A DNA stretch of 64,000 bases, taken from Alphaproteobacteria bacterium. GTDB taxonomy: Bacteria; Pseudomonadota; Alphaproteobacteria; UBA9219. Position numbers and translations under genes: made by a program. This document shows, one piece after another, positions 19,358 to 29,729 of this stretch. The stretch's first letter is position 1; each line of letters begins with the position of its first letter. The stretch is from the NCBI GenBank assembly GCA_009779745.1, contig WRDR01000006.1:3469-67468 (forward strand), in the 5' to 3' direction. The notes beneath the pieces are model-generated. The model was not told the DNA's origin. It searched no databases and saw only the letters and a list, made by a program, of their open reading frames with translations.

Positions 19358-20807
19358 CAACACAGAAGATGAAGACAACAACGAATTTCTGGAAGAGGAA
19401 TTCAATACTGAAGACTTCTCTAATGACGGCTCTGATAATATGAATTCGGATGACGAGCCGAGAGATGAAATTACACAAAAGAACACTAATCCGTTAGTGA
19501 AGTTTTTGATATTGGTTATAGCTGTTTTTGCAGTTATAGCAGCGGCCGTGAAGTTTTTCAGCAGCGAAGATAAGACTAAACTGATAACTAAAATGACTCC
19601 GCCGCCCGCATTGAACGAGGCACCCGGAGGAGCGGCTTCTCCGTATCACCAACAGCAAACGAAAATGGCTGACGAGCAGAGAGTGCAGGACGCCATTCAG
19701 TACGGACAAAGCGCAATGCCTACTCCTATAGGCAATCCGGCAGATAAGTCTGATTTCGGAGGCTTTGCCAGAAAAGAGGATCCGTTAAGAGAACTAAGAG
19801 CGGAGCAGGAGCTGTTAAGAAGACAGATTCAGCAGGTACAGCAAAGACCTGCTGCGCCTTTTGATGCGTCTTTGGCAAGGATAATGCAGAGATATATGGA
19901 AGGACTCATTACAAGCTGGGCGCCAAGCAGAATGGCTGTAATACCGGGATTCGGAGATGAACCTGCTGCCGGAGGCGGTCAATACGGAGCCGGAGGCGGT
20001 TATCCGGGGTATGGAGCCAGAACCAATGATAATGTGCTGGTAAGAGTCGGAACAGTGAGCTACGCACAATTATTGACTGAAGCCAATTCTGATGTACCCG
20101 GACCTATACTGGCGCAGATAGTTTCCGGACCTTTGGCAGGATCAAGAGCCATTGGGTCTTTCCAAGTAGCTTATGGATACGATCGTTATTTGGTGATGCG
20201 TTTCACGGTAGCGGCAAAAGACAAGAAGGAGTATCAGATAAATGCTATCGCCTTAGACCCAGATAACACTCTGGCAGGCATGGCAACGGAAGTGGACGAG
20301 AGATATTTCACAAGAGTAGTTCTGCCGGCAGCAGCAAGTTTCTTGTCAACTTTCGGAAATGCTTTAGGCAGTACGGATACGAATGTAGCAATGAACGGCG
20401 GAGCTACAGTGATAACGTCCTCCAAACAGGGCTTCAAGGAAGGACTGTATTCCGGACTCGGAGGAGCGTTTGATACTGTAGGAACGTTTTTTCAGGATCA
20501 GGCTAACCGCACCAGACCGCTGGTTAGAGTAGCGGCCGGCACGCCTATGGGGTTGTTCTTCGTATCCTCGGTCATGGAGTCCGGAGCACCGGCAGCAGGA
20601 GCAATGCCAATGCCCGGTGCCGGAATGCCGGGGCAGCAGGGTATGGCAGGGCAACAGCAGCAGCAAGGACCATACAATCCGCGTCAGCCTTCTTATGCGC
20701 CGGTTTACGGCAGCCCTCAGGCTAATGTGGGAAGTTTTCCCAACAACCACCAAGTAGATCAAGGCGTCTATAACAGCGGAAACATGACTATCTATGGAAA
20801 TAGATAA
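19350..20807 (+). CDS. VirB10/DotG(IcmE)/TrbI-family type IV secretion protein
   Basis: Short cytoplasmic N-terminus, one TM ('LVKFLILVIAVFAVIAAAV'), a Pro-rich linker and a conserved VirB10 C-domain ('LLTEANSDVPGPILAQIVSGPLAGSRAIGSF', 'INAIALDPDNTLAGMATEVDERYF'). The ATG at 19350 overlaps the upstream stop. The track's 19320 start is a GTG. Confidence 0.75.
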   Translation: MNNNTEDEDNNEFLEEEFNTEDFSNDGSDNMNSDDEPRDEITQKNTNPLVKFLILVIAVFAVIAAAVKFFSSEDKTKLITKMTPPPALNEAPGGAASPYHQQQTKMADEQRVQDAIQYGQSAMPTPIGNPADKSDFGGFARKEDPLRELRAEQELLRRQIQQVQQRPAAPFDASLARIMQRYMEGLITSWAPSRMAVIPGFGDEPAAGGGQYGAGGGYPGYGARTNDNVLVRVGTVSYAQLLTEANSDVPGPILAQIVSGPLAGSRAIGSFQVAYGYDRYLVMRFTVAAKDKKEYQINAIALDPDNTLAGMATEVDERYFTRVVLPAAASFLSTFGNALGSTDTNVAMNGGATVITSSKQGFKEGLYSGLGGAFDTVGTFFQDQANRTRPLVRVAAGTPMGLFFVSSVMESGAPAAGAMPMPGAGMPGQQGMAGQQQQQGPYNPRQPSYAPVYGSPQANVGSFPNNHQVDQGVYNSGNMTIYGNR

Positions 20808-20941
20808 GTGTGGAGTTAAGAATATACACCAATTCCACACTCCAAACTCCACACTCCTTAAAAAGAAGTTGTGTCTTTGGTTAACTTAGTATACGCTGTA
20901 CAGTGGATCGATTTACCATATTTGCTGTTAGGAGCTTTCGT

Positions 20942-22105
20942 ATGACTGATGAACAAGAAACCCGCTTGGACGAAAATATTTCTGAAGAAGAGACCCTTAA
21001 TTTTCAGCAAGATTCTGATATGAGGCCGCCAGAACAAGATTCTGATATAAGGCATCAGGAAGAGGTTGAGCTTCCTTTCGTCGAGTACGATCTTAACGAA
21101 GAGCCACCTGAAATGGAAGTCCAGCAACAGCCTGCTGCTACTCCCGGAAGACAGAGATCTCCTGCGCTGCCGATAACGGCAGCAGCTATAGCTGTTATAA
21201 TTTTGGGTTCCGTGGCGTGGGTCAAATTTTCCGGGAACGAGATGGTATCTAAGGATTTGAGCGGAATAAGCGCACCTATGCCTGACATAACGCTGCCGGC
21301 ATCAGAGATTAGAGAGAAGGAAGTGCTGGCTGTAGCCTCGCCGGATAATGGTAATGTTGCGGTGTATACTGCGGATATGGCGGAGCTTGCTCTCCCTGTT
21401 GCAGAGATAAAGGATATAAGAGAAGCCCCGGCTGCGCCTGCTGCGGTTATTGCAGAGGCTATGCCGACTAATGTAATTCCTATTCCTGAGAAGGCTGAAG
21501 CACTGGTTGCATTACCTGCTGAAAGTACGGAAACGTCTGTAAAAGAAGCCTCTTCAATTATAAAAGATGAGGTTGTTCCCGCAGAGACGGCTCCTGCTGT
21601 TGCTGCGGATGTTGATATGCTTAAAGCCAAAGTATCCTCTTTGGAAGAGAAGATAGCGGCATTGGAAAGCAGGATTGCTTTGTTGACTGCTCCTCCTAAG
21701 ACGGCTGCGGCAACTGCACCGAAGGCAGCAGCAGCCCCTGCAAAGCCTGCGCCGAAGCCTCAGACTGTTGCGGCCTCCAAACCCGCCAACGCAGTTAACG
21801 CTGTCAATATAACTGATGACAGCAGGCCGGCTCAAAGACTTGAGCTTCCTAAAAAAGCCCAGACTGCGCCTCAGCTTAGAGCACCTACGCTGGACAGGGC
21901 TAAGCCTTCCAATCTTAGGGTTGTCAGCAATTATGTAATAAGAGCAGCAAAACCCGGTCAGGCATGGATAGCTAAAAGCGCATCCGCCACTGATTTGCGT
22001 GAGGTTCATGTAGGGGATACTGTCCCCGGACTCGGCAGGATTCAGTCTATATTCTTGGATAGTAACGGCTGGTCTATTGTCGGCACGGAAGCAGTATTAA
22101 GGTAA
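20942..22105 (+). CDS. bitopic Pro/Ala-rich periplasmic protein, DotF(IcmG)/TraP-like by position and topology (putative)
   Basis: Acidic cytoplasmic N-terminus, single TM 'ALPITAAAIAVIILGSVAWV', coiled coil 'KAKVSSLEEKIAALESRIALL', PA-rich linker and a small C-terminal domain. AGGAG lies 7 nt before the ATG at 20942. Confidence 0.35.
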   Translation: MTDEQETRLDENISEEETLNFQQDSDMRPPEQDSDIRHQEEVELPFVEYDLNEEPPEMEVQQQPAATPGRQRSPALPITAAAIAVIILGSVAWVKFSGNEMVSKDLSGISAPMPDITLPASEIREKEVLAVASPDNGNVAVYTADMAELALPVAEIKDIREAPAAPAAVIAEAMPTNVIPIPEKAEALVALPAESTETSVKEASSIIKDEVVPAETAPAVAADVDMLKAKVSSLEEKIAALESRIALLTAPPKTAAATAPKAAAAPAKPAPKPQTVAASKPANAVNAVNITDDSRPAQRLELPKKAQTAPQLRAPTLDRAKPSNLRVVSNYVIRAAKPGQAWIAKSASATDLREVHVGDTVPGLGRIQSIFLDSNGWSIVGTEAVLR

Positions 22106-22110
22106 ATATT

Positions 22111-22135
22111 CCCCTTCCCTTTCTAAGGGAAGGGG
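22111..22135. terminator. perfect 9-bp hairpin (CCCCTTCCC-tttctaa-GGGAAGGGG) immediately after the Pro/Ala-rich gene, with no U-tract
   Basis: Seen in sequence. Confidence 0.35.
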
Positions 22136-22300
22136 TGGCACGCCGTAGGCGTGACGGGGTAGTGGTTTAGCTGCTGCACTCACTGGCAGAGATGTTTTTA
22201 CTTGAAATAAAGTCTGAAAAGGCTATTGTTTTCTTTTGGTTGCTTACTATGTTTGTAGTATACATAAGAAACTAACGCTCCATTTATAAAGAATCTCTCC

Positions 22301-25012
22301 ATGTTTTATTCCCTATTCCGCAAAATTTTCGGTTCCCGCAATGAACGGGTCCTTGCCGCACAAAATCCTGTTGTAGCCAAAATAAACTCTCTGGAGCCTG
22401 TTATTAAAGGATTGTCTGACAAAGAGTTGCGCGCAAAAACAGACGAGTTCCGCACTAGGATTAACAACGGAGAGACTCTTGACAGTCTCCTGCCCGAGGC
22501 TTTCGCAGTCGCAAGAGAAGCCGCAGTCCGCGTTCTGGGTCAACGTCCGTTCGATGTTCAGCTTCGGGGCGGTATAGTTCTGCATCAAGGCAAAATAGCG
22601 GAAATGAGAACCGGAGAAGGAAAAACTCTTGTTGCCGTGCTGCCCAGCTACCTTAATGCTCTCAGCGGAAAAGGCGTGCATATTGTTACGGTCAACGATT
22701 ATCTTGCAAAACGCGACAGCAATTGGATGGGGAAGATTCATAATTTCTTAGGATTAAGCGTTGGCTGCATAATCCATGACTTGACGGACGAAGAACGTCA
22801 GGAAGCATACAACTGCGATATTACTTACGGAACTAATAACGAGTTCGGCTTTGACTACCTTCGCGACAACATGAAATTCTCAAAGGGCGAGCTGGTACAG
22901 AGAGCATTCAATTTTGCAATAGTAGACGAAGTGGACAGCATTTTGATAGACGAGGCCAGAACGCCTCTTATTATTTCCGGACCTGCCGAAGACTCTTCGG
23001 AATTATATAAAAAGGTCGATTCCTTGATACCGCAATTGGAAGAGAAAGATTATGAAAAGGACGAGAAAGCAAAAACAGTAACGTTTACCGAAGCTGGCAA
23101 TATAAAAATGGAGGAGCTGCTGACAAGAGCGGGCTTGCTGGAATTAGGAGGCTTGTATGATCCTATGAACGTAACAATAGTGCATCATGCAATACAGGCA
23201 TTGAAAGCGCACAAGCTATTTACGCGGGACGTGGATTACATAGTCAAAGACGACAAGGTAATCATCATAGACGAGTTTACAGGACGCATGATGGAAGGAA
23301 GAAGATATTCCGAAGGACTGCATCAGGCATTGGAAGCAAAGGAAAGAGCAACAATACAAAGAGAAAATCAGACGTTAGCAAGCGTAACGTTTCAGAATTA
23401 TTTCAGACTGTACCCGAAACTTGCCGGCATGACCGGAACAGCATTAACAGAAGCGGCAGAGTTCGCAGAAATATATAATTTGGACGTCATAGACATGCCG
23501 ACAAATCTGCCTGTTAAGCGCGATGATATGGACGATGCGGTGTACGGAACAATGGCGGAAAAAAATGCTGCAATAATAAAACTTATAGAAGAATGCCGCG
23601 GGAAAAAACAGCCGGTACTCGTAGGCACAGTGTCTATAGAGAAATCCGAGGCATTGTCAAAAGAGCTGAAGAAAAAGAAAATACCGCACAATGTGTTGAA
23701 TGCGCGGTTTCACGATCAGGAAGCCTCGATAATAGCGCAGGCTGGAAAGCCGGGTTCTGTGACGATTGCAACAAACATGGCGGGAAGAGGAACGGACATT
23801 CAGCTTGGCGGCAACCTTGACTACGTGATAGCCGAGTTCAAAGAGAGAGGAGAGCTGCCTTTTGACAAGGCGGATTATACGGAACAGAACAAGAATAAAA
23901 TAGAGCGGCTGGCAAAAGAAATAGAAGAAGCAAGAGAAGTTGTGAAGCAGGCAGGAGGCTTATGTGTTATAGGCACGGAAAGACACGAGTCCCGTCGCAT
24001 AGACAATCAGCTTAGAGGAAGATCCGGAAGACAGGGAGATCCTGGAATGTCCATATTCTTTTTGTCGCTGGAAGATGATTTGATGAGGATTTTCGGAGCT
24101 CACAATCAGACGCAGAGTATTTTGTCTAAGCTGGGCTTGAGAGACGGAGAGAAAATAACACACCCGTGGATTACATCTGCATTGGCAAAAGCGCAGCAAA
24201 AAATTGAAGCTAGGAATTTCGACATACGAAAGAATCTGCTGAAATTCGACAACGTAATGAACGATCAGAGAAAAGTGATATACGAACAGCGCAGAGAAAT
24301 TATGGACGCAGCGGACGTTTCCGCGACTATACAGGATTTCCGCAGAGACGTTGTACATGATCTTGTGAGAATAGCTATTCCGCCTAACTCGTACATAGAG
24401 CAGTGGGACATAGAAGGGCTTAAAAAGAACGTTCAGGATATATTGGCGCTCAAATTGCCGATAGATGAGTGGGTGGATTCTGCGGACAACAGCTCGCACA
24501 TAGAGCAAGAGCTGGAAGAAAAGATAAAGACAAAAGCTGATGAGATGATAAAGGCAAAGACATCGGTATTGGACGAAACAGCGTTTAAAAACGCCGAGAA
24601 ATCCATATTGCTGAGTGTTCTGGATCAGACGTGGAAAGAGCATTTGCTGTCGCTGGATCAGTTGCGTCAGGGGATTCATCTTAGAGGCTATGGACAAAGA
24701 GATCCGCTGAACGAATACAGCCGCGAAGCATTTATGATGTTTCAGGGAATGCTGGAGACAATACGGATAGAAACAACGAAAGCACTGATGCATGCCGGAA
24801 TGCGGCTTCCTTCGTTAGAAGATCTTATGGAGCAGCAAAGACAGGAGCTGGCGAGATCAAGAGCCATACATAACAACGAAGAGTTCCTCTCTGAAGGAGC
24901 GAACAATGTTAGAAGACGTCCCGAACCTGCCGTTTCGGTACAGATGTCTCGCAACGCCCCCTGCCCCTGCGGCAGCGGCAAAAAGTACAAGCACTGCCAC
25001 GGGAAGGTGTAA
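22301..25012 (+). CDS. secA: preprotein translocase ATPase SecA
   Basis: 903 aa with DEAD-like motor motifs and the C-terminal zinc finger '[14 protein letters not shown]'. Confidence 0.95.
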   Translation: MFYSLFRKIFGSRNERVLAAQNPVVAKINSLEPVIKGLSDKELRAKTDEFRTRINNGETLDSLLPEAFAVAREAAVRVLGQRPFDVQLRGGIVLHQGKIAEMRTGEGKTLVAVLPSYLNALSGKGVHIVTVNDYLAKRDSNWMGKIHNFLGLSVGCIIHDLTDEERQEAYNCDITYGTNNEFGFDYLRDNMKFSKGELVQRAFNFAIVDEVDSILIDEARTPLIISGPAEDSSELYKKVDSLIPQLEEKDYEKDEKAKTVTFTEAGNIKMEELLTRAGLLELGGLYDPMNVTIVHHAIQALKAHKLFTRDVDYIVKDDKVIIIDEFTGRMMEGRRYSEGLHQALEAKERATIQRENQTLASVTFQNYFRLYPKLAGMTGTALTEAAEFAEIYNLDVIDMPTNLPVKRDDMDDAVYGTMAEKNAAIIKLIEECRGKKQPVLVGTVSIEKSEALSKELKKKKIPHNVLNARFHDQEASIIAQAGKPGSVTIATNMAGRGTDIQLGGNLDYVIAEFKERGELPFDKADYTEQNKNKIERLAKEIEEAREVVKQAGGLCVIGTERHESRRIDNQLRGRSGRQGDPGMSIFFLSLEDDLMRIFGAHNQTQSILSKLGLRDGEKITHPWITSALAKAQQKIEARNFDIRKNLLKFDNVMNDQRKVIYEQRREIMDAADVSATIQDFRRDVVHDLVRIAIPPNSYIEQWDIEGLKKNVQDILALKLPIDEWVDSADNSSHIEQELEEKIKTKADEMIKAKTSVLDETAFKNAEKSILLSVLDQTWKEHLLSLDQLRQGIHLRGYGQRDPLNEYSREAFMMFQGMLETIRIETTKALMHAGMRLPSLEDLMEQQRQELARSRAIHNNEEFLSEGANNVRRRPEPAVSVQMSRNAPCPCGSGKKYKHCHGKV

Positions 25013-25022
25013 TGTGAAATTT

Positions 25023-25068
25023 GAAATGTGGAATTAGGAGCTAATTTCAAATTTCACATTATCACAGT
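25023..25068. terminator. 15-bp inverted repeat (TGTGAAATTTGAAAT ... ATTTCAAATTTCACA) between the convergent secA and mrdA genes. It overlaps the mrdA stop codon
   Basis: Seen in sequence. Confidence 0.45.
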
Positions 25069-26900
25069 TTCCTGTTCTGACACTCAATAAGTAAATCCCG
25101 TGCTATCGGCGCGGAAAGAGCACCGCTGCCTCCGTGTTCTATCACAACAGCAGCAGCATATTTCGGCTTTTTATACGGCGCATACGCAACAAATAAAGAG
25201 TGATCTCTTTCCCTCCACTCTAAATCCTCATTTTTCATAACGCCTCGTTTCCGCTCTGCTTCCGATATGCGCCGCACCTGCGCGGTTCCGGTCTTTCCGG
25301 CCATTTCTTTATCTTCTTCCAGTATCCGCGCTCCAAACCCCGTAGAGCCCGGCATATTAACTGCACTGAACATTCCGTACTGTACTATTTCCAGATGTTC
25401 CTTGTTTATCCCGATGTCCTGCCACCTCTTGTGAAACGGCTCTTCTAATTCTTGCTCCGAACACTTTGTCATACGGGGCTTTACTGCGAATCCTCCGTTA
25501 GCAATGCGCGCAGTCATCACTGCAAGCTGTAAGGGAGTCGTCAAAATAAATCCGTGCCCGATAGACGTAATAAGGGTTTCCCCCTGCTGCCATCTTTCTT
25601 TCTTTACAGTCTGTTTCCATATTCTCCCGGGCACTACGCCCGTTCTTTCGTTCGGCAAATCTATTCCTGTAATATCCCCCAGCCCAAAACGCAGCGCCAT
25701 TGCCTGCAGTTTGTCTATTCCCATTCTTCTGCTGGCTTCATAAAAATACGGATCGCAAGAGTGCGCCATTGCCTCTATCAAATTCAGTCTGCCATGCCCG
25801 TCCCTCTTCCAGCAATGAAATTTTCTCTCTCCAAACTCATAGCTGCCGGAACAATAAACTCTTTCTCCGTATTCCATGACTCTGGCCTCCAGTGCAGCAA
25901 GCGCAGTCATCATTTTAAACGTAGAGCCCGGCGCATACACTCCGCTTATAGCTCTGTTCATAAGAGGGGCTTTAGTGTCGTTGTTCAGAATATCCCAGTT
26001 CTTTTTGCTTATCCCGAAACTGAATAAATTAGGATCAAATGACGGACGAGACACCATCGCCAATATTTCTCCCGTATGAATATTCATCACTACCGCGGAT
26101 GCCGCAATCGTATGAGATATTCTGGCTGCTGCAAGCTGCTGCAAATTTATATCCAGAGACAGCTGCACATCTTCTCCTGACACCGGCTCTCTTCTGGATA
26201 AAGCGCGCACTACGTTTCCTCTGGCATTCACTTCCATTTCCTTTGTTCCGGAAATCCCGCGCATCTTCATTTCATAGGCTTTCTCCATTCCTTTTTTTCC
26301 TATCAAAAATCCGGACGTTCTGAGAAGCCTCTTCTCTATATCGTTTTTTACCGTGTCCGTTTCCTCTTTCGCCACTGCTCCTACATACCCTAAAATATGC
26401 GCTGTTATCTCTCCGTATGGATATACTCTGACTTCTCCTGAATCAACATCTGCGCCTATAAGATCCGGCGATGACACCGCTATAGAATCCATTTGCTCTC
26501 GGCTTATGTTATCCTTCACTATAATAGAATTCAGATCGTTCTGAGTTCGCAAATCTCTTTCTATTCTCTTTCTGTCGGATTCCTCTATGGTCACAAACTT
26601 GGACAGCTTATCCAACAGCTCATCAACCTTCTTCACTTGAGACGGCAGTATTACTACTCTGAAAGTCTGATCATTGATTGCCAGAGGAACCCCGTATCTG
26701 TCCAGAATCCGCCCTCTTTTCGGCAGAATAATACGTACGCTGATTCTGTTATTCTCTGCGCGGCGGCGGTACATTCTCCCTTGCACTATCTGCAAATAGT
26801 ACAGCCTTCCGGCTATCACGGAAAATAGCAATGCCTGAGCTCCTCCCAATAAAAGAGCTCTTCTGGTAAAAATCTTAGCTTTTTCGTTATCTTTAGACAT
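25062..26900 (-). CDS. mrdA: penicillin-binding protein 2 (peptidoglycan D,D-transpeptidase MrdA)
   Basis: 612 aa with N-terminal TM, 'STFK' and 'KTGT' transpeptidase motifs. Confidence 0.9.
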   Translation of the reverse strand: MSKDNEKAKIFTRRALLLGGAQALLFSVIAGRLYYLQIVQGRMYRRRAENNRISVRIILPKRGRILDRYGVPLAINDQTFRVVILPSQVKKVDELLDKLSKFVTIEESDRKRIERDLRTQNDLNSIIVKDNISREQMDSIAVSSPDLIGADVDSGEVRVYPYGEITAHILGYVGAVAKEETDTVKNDIEKRLLRTSGFLIGKKGMEKAYEMKMRGISGTKEMEVNARGNVVRALSRREPVSGEDVQLSLDINLQQLAAARISHTIAASAVVMNIHTGEILAMVSRPSFDPNLFSFGISKKNWDILNNDTKAPLMNRAISGVYAPGSTFKMMTALAALEARVMEYGERVYCSGSYEFGERKFHCWKRDGHGRLNLIEAMAHSCDPYFYEASRRMGIDKLQAMALRFGLGDITGIDLPNERTGVVPGRIWKQTVKKERWQQGETLITSIGHGFILTTPLQLAVMTARIANGGFAVKPRMTKCSEQELEEPFHKRWQDIGINKEHLEIVQYGMFSAVNMPGSTGFGARILEEDKEMAGKTGTAQVRRISEAERKRGVMKNEDLEWRERDHSLFVAYAPYKKPKYAAAVVIEHGGSGALSAPIARDLLIECQNRKL

Positions 26901-26908
26901 ATATCCTG

Positions 26909-27412
26909 TTATTCTTCATGCTTGAGAAAGTACCGCTGTATTTTGATGAAGAGATAACACGGTAAAGGAAATAATGCTACAGTAAACAGCGACTGCACAA
27001 AAGCATTTTCATAAGAATAGAACTGCACGTCTATGATGCACTGTATGAACCACTGAAAGAAAATAGCCGTAAAAGAGACAAGAGCAAAACTTAGCCACAA
27101 GACAAAAAAGGACTGTCCTCTGAGGAAAACAGAGAGTCTCAAAATAGCCTGATACGCTGCGGTCCATACTAGGGCAGTAATGCCCATAGTAGTTCCGGCA
27201 ATAATATCTGTCAGAAGCCCTATAGCAAAAGCAGCCAATACCGGAAACAAATCCGGTCTGAACGATGCCCAATAGAACAGAGCGATAAAAGCGAAAGGAG
27301 GCATGACCATGCCGATATACGGCACAGACCAGATGCTTGCTCCTAGGAACGCCAGCAAAACAGCAGATAAAAAAGGTATGGCTGTTCTTATAGGATACCG
27401 CTGAAAATTCAT
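26909..27412 (-). CDS. mreD: rod shape-determining protein MreD
   Basis: 167 aa polytopic hydrophobic protein between mreC and mrdA. The overlapping ORF 27009-27506 is Cys/Arg-rich and spurious. Confidence 0.6.
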   Translation of the reverse strand: MNFQRYPIRTAIPFLSAVLLAFLGASIWSVPYIGMVMPPFAFIALFYWASFRPDLFPVLAAFAIGLLTDIIAGTTMGITALVWTAAYQAILRLSVFLRGQSFFVLWLSFALVSFTAIFFQWFIQCIIDVQFYSYENAFVQSLFTVALFPLPCYLFIKIQRYFLKHEE

Positions 27413-27421
27413 TGTTTGATT

Positions 27422-27515
27422 CCCTATTTTGCCTATTCCCGCCTTCGCGGGAATGACAGCCGGAGGGACAGCAACCTTCTACCACTACCCTGCACCAACT
27501 CCACACTTATAACTC
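27422..27515. repeat. MITE-like composite repeat, copy 1 (reverse orientation). Core palindrome ATTCCCGCCTTCGCGGGAAT plus an AACTCCACAC end
   Basis: Shares the core and flanks with the copies at 31452, 39115 and 50703. Confidence 0.75.
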
Positions 27516-28376
27516 CTAATTCCTAGTCCCTAGTTCCTCATTTCTGAAGTTGACTAGTTTCACGATGTTGATTTTGTCGAGTTTAGTATACGGAACAACA
27601 GAGAGAGAACCGTCTGCGCCTTCTACAATCTGCCCTACCGGAATGTTAGGAGGGAAAATGCCTCCGTGTCCGGAAGTAACGACAGCATCGCCTTCCTGCA
27701 CTAGGGCATCTTTTGCTAGGAAGAGCAATTTAGGCTCCATAGAATTGTCTCCGGCAAGAACGGCCCTGTCGCCGGATTTTGCGATCATGACCGGAATTCT
27801 GGAATTGGCATCTGTGATGAGCCAGACTCTGGAAGTCCAAACGCCGACTTCGACGACTCGCCCGACTAATCCCTCACCTGTAACTACCGCCATATCGGGA
27901 GCCGCGTTATTTTCAGCTCCTGCCGCAACAATGATGTTTCTTGATAACGCTGCGCCTGCATCGGCAATGACTCTGGCAGAGATGAATTCTGTCTTAGGTT
28001 CTGTTTGATAATTAAGAAGAGCTCTAAGCTCGGTATTTTCTTTCGCCAAAGAAACAGTGCTGTTTTTCCAAGCCAGCAGTTTTTTGTTTTCTTCTATGAG
28101 CAGCTGATTTTCAGAGTACAAATTGACCATCTCGTCGACCGAGGCAATGAGATTCTGAACAGCGAAAACAGGTCTGGACAGAGCCGCCAAAACCGGAGCG
28201 GAAGTATCTATGACAGAAGTACGTACTGATGCGACAACTAAAGGCTGGGATTTGGCTAAAATAATAATGCAGATAGAAAGAAGTATGAAAAAAACAAAAT
28301 AGAATTTCTGTACCAAACCTTTCCACTGAATGGCGATATTAGAGTTCTTAGCAAAATACGAACGCCCGGAAACCAT
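27516..28376 (-). CDS. mreC: rod shape-determining protein MreC
   Basis: 286 aa with N-terminal TM, coiled coil and a beta-rich C-domain. Confidence 0.85.
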   Translation of the reverse strand: MVSGRSYFAKNSNIAIQWKGLVQKFYFVFFILLSICIIILAKSQPLVVASVRTSVIDTSAPVLAALSRPVFAVQNLIASVDEMVNLYSENQLLIEENKKLLAWKNSTVSLAKENTELRALLNYQTEPKTEFISARVIADAGAALSRNIIVAAGAENNAAPDMAVVTGEGLVGRVVEVGVWTSRVWLITDANSRIPVMIAKSGDRAVLAGDNSMEPKLLFLAKDALVQEGDAVVTSGHGGIFPPNIPVGQIVEGADGSLSVVPYTKLDKINIVKLVNFRNEELGTRN

Positions 28377-28516
28377 TGCACAATCTTTGAATAATAAAAA
28401 AATAACTAAGTAAGGCTAACAAAAAGCAGTACCTTATTCGACTGCATTTTCAAACCATATTTTTAAAAAAAGGTTAAGTTTTATAATTTTTTTCAAATAT
28501 ATCGATTTTTTTAAAA

Positions 28517-29728
28517 TTATCCTACCATCGGGATTTTTACGCGTCTTTTCTCCGGGTCCTTTAAGTAAGCATTCAGTGTAGCTACGGCATTATCGACTCG
28601 CGGAACAACTAGAGCTCTTTCTGCGAGTTCTTCTGCCATAAAGTGGGCCATGGCACCTGCTCCTTCAGAGTGAAAAGCCCTGCGCCCGAGATTGTTCAAA
28701 GGATACCATAAATTGCGGTCTTCAGCACGCAGCCACAAGAAAGCAGCAGGAGCTAAAACGCCTCCATTATCTCTGGCCCACTTCAAAGCAGCCAATACCG
28801 CAGTCGTTCTCCATGCGTGTTTTTGCATGATAAGCTCCAGCTCTTCAGTGTTTTTAGGGTCTGAAAGAATTTTTCTAATTTCAGCTTTAAGTTCACTGCC
28901 GAGCGCAAAACCGGTTTTAGGATCCCAAGCCTGAGCCAGCCTGCCCAACAGCTCGTCGCTTTCTTCTCTGCGCTGAACTCCCCTCAGGGCAAACGCAGCG
29001 AGAAGAGCCTGTATATGTAAAGGCATCGCCGTTACGGATTTAAACCTGCTTCCGAGCTGTTTTATAAAAGCTCTTCTTGCAGCCGCCTTATCCGGCACTC
29101 CGTTTTCTATTGGAACACGGTTCCACGCAATCCATTCTTCAGGAGACAGAGCTTCGGCAAACAGCGGCAGTTTTTCCGGAACCTTTCCGCCTAAGAGTCT
29201 TCCGGACTTGGAAGGATTAATCTTTAGCATAGGAGAAATAACGGGCCACATTTTAGCCTGAGCAGCAATCAGAGATTCCAGAGTATGCTTTGTTTTGAAT
29301 TTGTTGTAAGGAGAAGTAAACAAAGTATACACAATGATTATAACCAGTGCGGCAACGGGAAGCCACCTGTAATACCTCGCGAAGTACGCTCCTAGCTGCA
29401 CTATGGAAGTGCCTGTCAGCCGGTAATACTTATCAGCCTCCTCCGGATATAAAGAGCTGAGTATCTCTGTGCCGAAGCAGGCATGTGCTGCTTGGACGGA
29501 CGCCTGAGAAACGCCGTCAATATGAGCGACTCGAAGCCAAACAAGACAGCCGTCCAACTCTCCGCCTTTGAAGAGATTCAAAATCCATATTTCGCCGAAC
29601 CTGAGCCAGCGAAAGAAATTATCGAGCCAGAAATTCCCGGTTGCATACCAAATCAGCCACGCAAGCCCGCATACAAACACTGCCACCAGCAGCAGCATAA
29701 TCATTGGGTCGTCTTTATTATCACTCAT
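28517..29728 (-). CDS. hypothetical inner-membrane protein with two TM segments and a large cytoplasmic domain. Possibly DotM/IcmP-like
   Basis: 403 aa with TM1 at about 9-32, TM2 at about 122-140, then a roughly 260 aa soluble domain. It occupies the position normally held by mreB. The DotM suggestion rests on topology and size only. Confidence 0.3.
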   Translation of the reverse strand: MSDNKDDPMIMLLLVAVFVCGLAWLIWYATGNFWLDNFFRWLRFGEIWILNLFKGGELDGCLVWLRVAHIDGVSQASVQAAHACFGTEILSSLYPEEADKYYRLTGTSIVQLGAYFARYYRWLPVAALVIIIVYTLFTSPYNKFKTKHTLESLIAAQAKMWPVISPMLKINPSKSGRLLGGKVPEKLPLFAEALSPEEWIAWNRVPIENGVPDKAAARRAFIKQLGSRFKSVTAMPLHIQALLAAFALRGVQRREESDELLGRLAQAWDPKTGFALGSELKAEIRKILSDPKNTEELELIMQKHAWRTTAVLAALKWARDNGGVLAPAAFLWLRAEDRNLWYPLNNLGRRAFHSEGAGAMAHFMAEELAERALVVPRVDNAVATLNAYLKDPEKRRVKIPMVG

Positions 29729-29729
29729 C

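Noticed and set aside
23960-24793. 277-aa ORF antisense to secA
   Set aside because: It lies entirely inside the confidently identified secA on the opposite strand. Its composition is Tyr/Phe/Cys-rich and low-complexity, which is typical of antisense read-through.
27009-27506. Alternative 165-aa ORF overlapping mreD in another frame
   Set aside because: It is Cys/Arg/His-rich and non-hydrophobic. The 26909-27412 frame gives a typical polytopic MreD.
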